Made by a program: the position numbers and the translations under genes. A stretch of 64,000 nt of DNA from Octopus vulgaris (taxonomy: Eukaryota), in the NCBI GenBank assembly GCA_951406725.2, contig OX597819.1, forward strand, positions 56,916,001 to 56,980,000. The letters are read 5' to 3'. Each line of letters opens with the position of its first letter. The first letter of the stretch is position 1. The notes below the pieces were generated by a model. That model made no database searches and was not told the origin of the DNA. It was given only the letters and a program-made list of their open reading frames with translations. Positions 58,959 through 64,000 of the stretch are shown piece by piece.

Positions 58959-59880
58959 AATGGAATAATTACTATGAAGCATTGTGTAGAATACATTGTA
59001 TAAACATCGTGGGTAAGGCCAAAGTAATGCGAAGTAAATGCAAGGTAAAACACAAGAAAACAAATATGTGAATTCATGTAGACTTACCTTATGTTCATTA
59101 TTTCGGAGTTATGACCCCATCTTCAAGAAATAGACGCAACATTCATCTATTTCTTTACAATGGGATCATAACCCCGAATACTGAATGCTCTGATAACTAC
59201 TTTTAAAAAGTAGCACCAATGGAAAGGCTGCTGCGTGAATTGACTAAATAATCCCAACAGCTACCCCATATGATCTAACCTTTGACTATTCTTACAAAGA
59301 AGCAACGGACATAGCTGTATTTCATTGCTGAATATTAACATTCTAACATCAGAAACGTCAACGACCATCTTTATGATCGAAAGACTACGATCCACATTAC
59401 TGGTGACGTTACTTACGCAATAAGGCCTTACCGTGACAACAAAGATGCGTGTACAAATTTCTTCCTTGTAAGGGAGACAAATCCCTGGACGATGTAGATA
59501 TATGCGAACTACTATACTCTTCAATTGAGAAAGATTAAAGGAAAGAGGTTCTATCGAAAACTACCGTTGTTGGTCACTCAGCTTGAGTCTCTTCATTGTG
59601 TACATCTCTAAAAATTTCGTCTTGGACTCTGATCCTGAAGTTAGTCAAAGGAAATCAGAGACATTAACAAGTAAATCGCCTCTGAAAGAGCAAAATCTTT
59701 TATTCCCATGTTCCTGTAAGAATCCAAATGTTCAGCAGAAGATTGCTCTACATATTAAATTGATGTAATTTTTGAATTGTTCAATTGAATGGAGTCACAT
59801 GAAACGATCGTTCTGTATTACCTCTGGATATACTTGTTGCTTATTTTGATTATAATCACTTCATGTATATATATATATGT

Positions 59881-60232
59881 GGAGGTGCAATAGCCCAGTG
59901 GTTATGGCAGCGGATTCGTGGTCGTATGATCGCGGTTTCGATTCCCAGACTGAGCATTGTGAGTGTTTATTTGGGCTCGGGTAGGGGGCGAGCGGCGACC
60001 CCTGCTGCACTCTTCCACCACAACTTTCACTCACTCTTCCTGTTTCTGTTGTACATGTATTTCAAAGGGCCAGTCTTGTCACACTCTGCGTCACGCTGTA
60101 TCCCCCGGAGAACTACGTTAAGGATTCACATGTCTGTGGGGTGCTCAGCAACTTGCACGTTCATTGCACGAACAGGCTGTTCTGTTTATCGGATCAACTG
60201 GAATTCTCGTCGTCGTAACCGAGGGAGTGCAC
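59881..60232 (+). mobile_element. SINE type C directly upstream of the (TATC)n array
   Basis: GGAGGTGCAATAGCCCAGTGGTTATGGCAGCGG..GGTTTCGATTCCCAGAC head, as at 41528. Confidence 0.8.
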
Positions 60233-60234
60233 GA

Positions 60235-60324
<90 letters not shown>

Positions 60325-60337
60325 CCTACCTACCTAC

Positions 60338-60392
<55 letters not shown>

Positions 60393-60401
60393 CCTACCTA
60401 C

Positions 60402-60440
<39 letters not shown>

Positions 60441-60453
60441 CCTACCTACCTAC

Positions 60454-60492
<39 letters not shown>

Positions 60493-60526
60493 CCTACCTA
60501 CCTATCTATCTATCTATCTATCTATC
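60235..60526 (+). repeat. (TATC)n array with TACC interruptions
   Basis: Direct reading; arrays of the same style at 61873-62057 and 63144-63303. Confidence 0.95.
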
Positions 60527-61872
60527 CTCTTTCGCTTCTTGTGGAAAGGATGCGTCCCGATGGTCAGGCGATCCATTTGCTGTCAACACCCGTTAAAAGG
60601 AGGGCTGGGCATGCCGTGGTTGATGATGCGCAGACACGCGCTGAGACTGCGGCATCTCTGGCTCTATGTAGACGACGGTGAACAGGTGTGGTCGCCGTTT
60701 GTGAGGCACGCTTTCCCGCAGCTCGTCTCCATGACCGAACTGCAGTCGTGGATCAAAAAGAGGCCGAGGAAGGGCGAATGGCACCGCGAGTGTCGCGTTG
60801 CCCTCAAGCAACTCTGCCGTCCTGGGTCGACCTTAAGTGACTTCAACACAACCAAAGCATTCTATAGGGGTTTAGTGGAGGGGAGGTACGACGACGAGCT
60901 CGGGGCGAACCTGGACGTCGACGAGGAGTACCTGACCCGCCTGTTCAGGACGACTTTCGGGCCAGGGCCCATGGACAACTTCCAGAGATCCCTGGCCTGG
61001 CAGTGCTACCGAGAAGCGCTACCCGTTCGGGATAAGCTCTACAGACACGGCTCGAGAAACACGGGGCCGACCTGCCCGAGATGCGGTCAGAGCGACGAAA
61101 CCGTTCTGCACGCACTCGTTCAGTGTCCAACAATTTCCGACCTGTGGGCTTATGTCGAACAACTGCTGTCACGTGTGGGACGAGTCGGTTTATCAGCTGA
61201 GTCTATCGTCAATATTGTCACGCCTCCTTCCTTCAAACGGGAAGGAAGAGCTATTTTCATCATCCTTGTGGCTATGGCGAAAGAATGTATCTGGTGGACG
61301 CGTCTGAAAGGATTGGAGACAAACACTTTCCTCTCTGGTCAATCTCTCATCAACTTCTTCAAGTACCACTTGAAAAGGAAAGTGAGAGTAGAGAGGCAAG
61401 TTTTGTCTAGCGAATGTTTTAAAAAAAGATGGGTGAATGTAGCAAGAATGGCACGTATGAATGACGAAGCCACCTTGAGCATAGTCCTATGAACCCAGAA
61501 ATCGAAAACAGAGAGTTGCTTATTTAAAAAAAAAAAAAAAAAGAAATATAAAATGTGACATCATTGACCGAGGTTACCGTGGTCTTTTCCGTAGGCTTTT
61601 CTTTGCACGGGTAAACCTCACCTGTCCTCCCCTTTACACTTCATATTGACATTTCTGTGATAACGATCCCTATTGATCAATTTTTTTCCTCCCCCCTTTT
61701 TTTAAAACCCCCTTTTTTTTGTCCTCTTTCTCTCCTTTTACGATCCCTTTTGATCGAAACTCCCCCCTTCCTTTTTTTTTTTTTTTTTTTTTTTCTTACA
61801 CCTTCAAAAGAAAAGCTCTACCTTGTAATTTGTTCTATCTGTGTGCAGCCCTGTGTGGCTAATAAAGAAACA
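60524..61872 (+). mobile_element. 5'-truncated L1/Tx1-clade non-LTR retrotransposon, copy 1 (ORF2 C-terminus open to TGA at 61490-61492; 380-bp 3' UTR)
   Basis: [27 protein letters not shown] (post-RT L1/Tx1 motif) and zf-RVT-type [31 protein letters not shown]; AATAAA at 61861; GC-rich versus background; no internal stops. Confidence 0.92.
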
Positions 61873-61886
61873 TATCTATCTATCTG

Positions 61887-61934
<48 letters not shown>

Positions 61935-61943
61935 CCTACCTAC

Positions 61944-61982
<39 letters not shown>

Positions 61983-61991
61983 CCTACCTAC

Positions 61992-62026
<35 letters not shown>

Positions 62027-62057
62027 CCTACCTACCTACCTATCTATCTATCTATCT

Positions 62058-63143
62058 CGCGAGTGTCGCGTTGCTCTCAAGCAACTCTGCCGTCCTGGGT
62101 CGACCTTAAGTGACTTCAACACAACCAAAGCATTCTATAGGGGTTTAGTGGAGGGGAGGTACGACGACGAGCTCGGGGCGAACCTGGACGTCGACGAGGA
62201 GTACCTGACCCGCCTGTTCAGGACGACTTTCGGGCCAGGGCCCATGGACAACTTCCAGAGATCCCTGGCCTGGCAGTGCTACCGAGAAGCGCTACCCGTT
62301 CGGGATAAGCTCTACAGACACGGCTCGAGAAACACGGGGCCGACCTGCCCGAGATGCGGTCAGAGCGACGAAACCGTTCTGCACGCACTCGTTCAGTGTC
62401 CAACAATTTCCGACCTGTGGGCTTATGTCGAACAACTGCTGTCACGTGTGGGACGAGTCGGTTTATCAGCTGAGTCTATCGTCAATATTGTCACGCCTCC
62501 TTCCTTCAAACGGGAAGGAAGAGCTATTTTCATCATCCTTGTGGCTATGGCGAAAGAATGTATCTGGTGGACGCGTCTGAAAGGATTGGAGACAAACACT
62601 TTCCTCTCTGGTCAATCTCTCATCAACTTCTTCAAGTACCACTTGAAAAGGAAAGTGAGAGTAGAGAGGCAAGTTTTGTCTAGCGAATGTTTTAAAAAAA
62701 GATGGGTGAATGTAGCAAGAATGGCACGTATGAATGACGAAGCCACCTTGAGCATAGTCCTATGAACCCAGAAATCGAAAACAGAGAGTTGCTTATTTGC
62801 AAAAAAAAAAAAAAAAGAAATATAAAATGTGACATCATTGACCGAGGTTACCGTGGTCTTTTCCGTAGGCTTTTCTTTCCACGGGTAAACCTCACCTGTC
62901 CTCCCCTTTACACTTCATATTGACATTTCTGTGATAACGATCCCTATTGATCAATTTTTTTTCTCTCCCCTTTTTTTTAACCCCCCTTTTTTTGTCCTCT
63001 TTCTCTCCTTTTACGATCCCTTTTGATCGAAACTCCCCTTCCTTTTTTTTTTTTTTTTTTTTTTTTTTAAACCTTCAAAAGAAAAGCTCTACCTTGTAAT
63101 TTGTTCTATCTGTGTGCAGCCCTGTGTGGCTAATAAAGAAACA
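62058..63143 (+). mobile_element. 5'-truncated L1/Tx1-clade element, copy 2 (near-identical to 60785-61872)
   Basis: Offset 1273 bp in the ORF; identical protein over the shared ORF; same 3' end AATAAAGAAACA|TATC. Confidence 0.92.
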
Positions 63144-63201
<58 letters not shown>

Positions 63202-63210
63202 CCTACCTAC

Positions 63211-63269
<59 letters not shown>

Positions 63270-63531
63270 CCTACCTACCTATCTATCTATCTATCTATCT
63301 ATCTCTCTCTCTCACAATGGACGGGCGATAGTCATATCGGCTCCACGTAAGTTGGCCACTTTTACATGTTTAAAACTCCTTGTTGTCAAATATTTTGTTT
63401 TAATCGTTGTGCAAGTTCATTCACTAAAAAACCTGAGAATTATTCACGTAGAATTCCGCCCCTGTATGGGCGAAATTACAAAAAAACTTTCAAAACTTTC
63501 GTGGGTTTTTTAGCCATTTTTCATTTTGAAA

Positions 63532-64000
63532 ATGGCAACTAGAAACCACGTGGCTAGCCCGCCAGTCATGCAGAACGGTAGCAAAACACTATTGCTACCA
63601 CTAACTACTAAACATCGCAGCGTGAACACCGCTGTCACCACCATCACCACCACCAACAACAACAACAACAAATCTAACGCCGCATTCACCATCGCCGCGA
63701 CCAAAGACATTAACTTAGATTTCCCCTCACTCCCCACACCACTTGTTGATGATAAAGGGACAGAGAAAGGGATTTCAAAAATGAATACAAACGAAAACAT
63801 GAATGCCAGCACCACCACCATCACCACCAACAACAACAACAACGAAATTGGCACAAAGCCGCCTACCAAAGACAACACCGCCAACACCAACACCACTACT
63901 ACGACGTCAAATGCTACATCCAAGCCTTCTACTGCTAATACCGCCAACACCAACACCACTACCATGACTTCAATTAACACTGCCACAATTAACACTTCTA
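63532..64000 (+). CDS. Open ORF (at least 156 aa, Thr/Asn-rich) running off the window; candidate retrotransposon ORF1 N-terminus
   Basis: MATRNHVASPPVMQNGSKTLLLPLTTKHRSVNTAVTTITTTNNNNNKSNAAFTIAATKDINLDFPSLPTP...; no stop before 64000; starts about 220 bp after the third (TATC)n array; absent from the ORF track, presumably because it has no stop. Confidence 0.5.
   Translation, partial: MATRNHVASPPVMQNGSKTLLLPLTTKHRSVNTAVTTITTTNNNNNKSNAAFTIAATKDINLDFPSLPTPLVDDKGTEKGISKMNTNENMNASTTTITTNNNNNEIGTKPPTKDNTANTNTTTTTSNATSKPSTANTANTNTTTMTSINTATINTS

Noticed and set aside
60164-60523. N-terminal part of the 442-aa ORF
   Set aside because: Read-through from the SINE tail and (TATC)n; real homology begins at ILFRFLWKG
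63510-63995. Hydrophobic 161-aa minus-strand ORF
   Set aside because: Antisense shadow of the ACC/AAC-rich plus-strand frame

Overview
AT-rich, microsatellite-dense eukaryotic DNA (intergenic or intronic). The tRNA-derived SINE families and the repeat spectrum resemble an octopus/coleoid cephalopod genome; this is inferred from recalled repeat sequences, not from a search. No intact host protein-coding gene is evident, and most listed ORFs are microsatellite translations. Supported content: many tRNA-head SINEs of about three types; a decayed Tc1/mariner transposon; a Helitron Rep fragment; R4/Dong-like LINE remnants bounded by (TAA)n; a U6 snRNA pseudogene abutting a SINE; several foldback hairpins; a GG..CC MITE with an 8-bp TSD. 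Two systems stand out. (1) A head-to-tail array of young L1/Tx1-like retrotransposon copies, each separated by (TATC)n and followed by what may be the 5' end and ORF1 of a full-length copy, suggesting a (TATC/GATA)n-targeting LINE. (2) Several minimal type-I hammerhead ribozyme motifs, all on the minus strand in small elements lodged in (TA)n tracts. One is a 546-bp-monomer, 1.5-copy retrozyme-like element whose boundary falls exactly at the predicted self-cleavage site. All coordinates were read by eye and may be off by a few bases.
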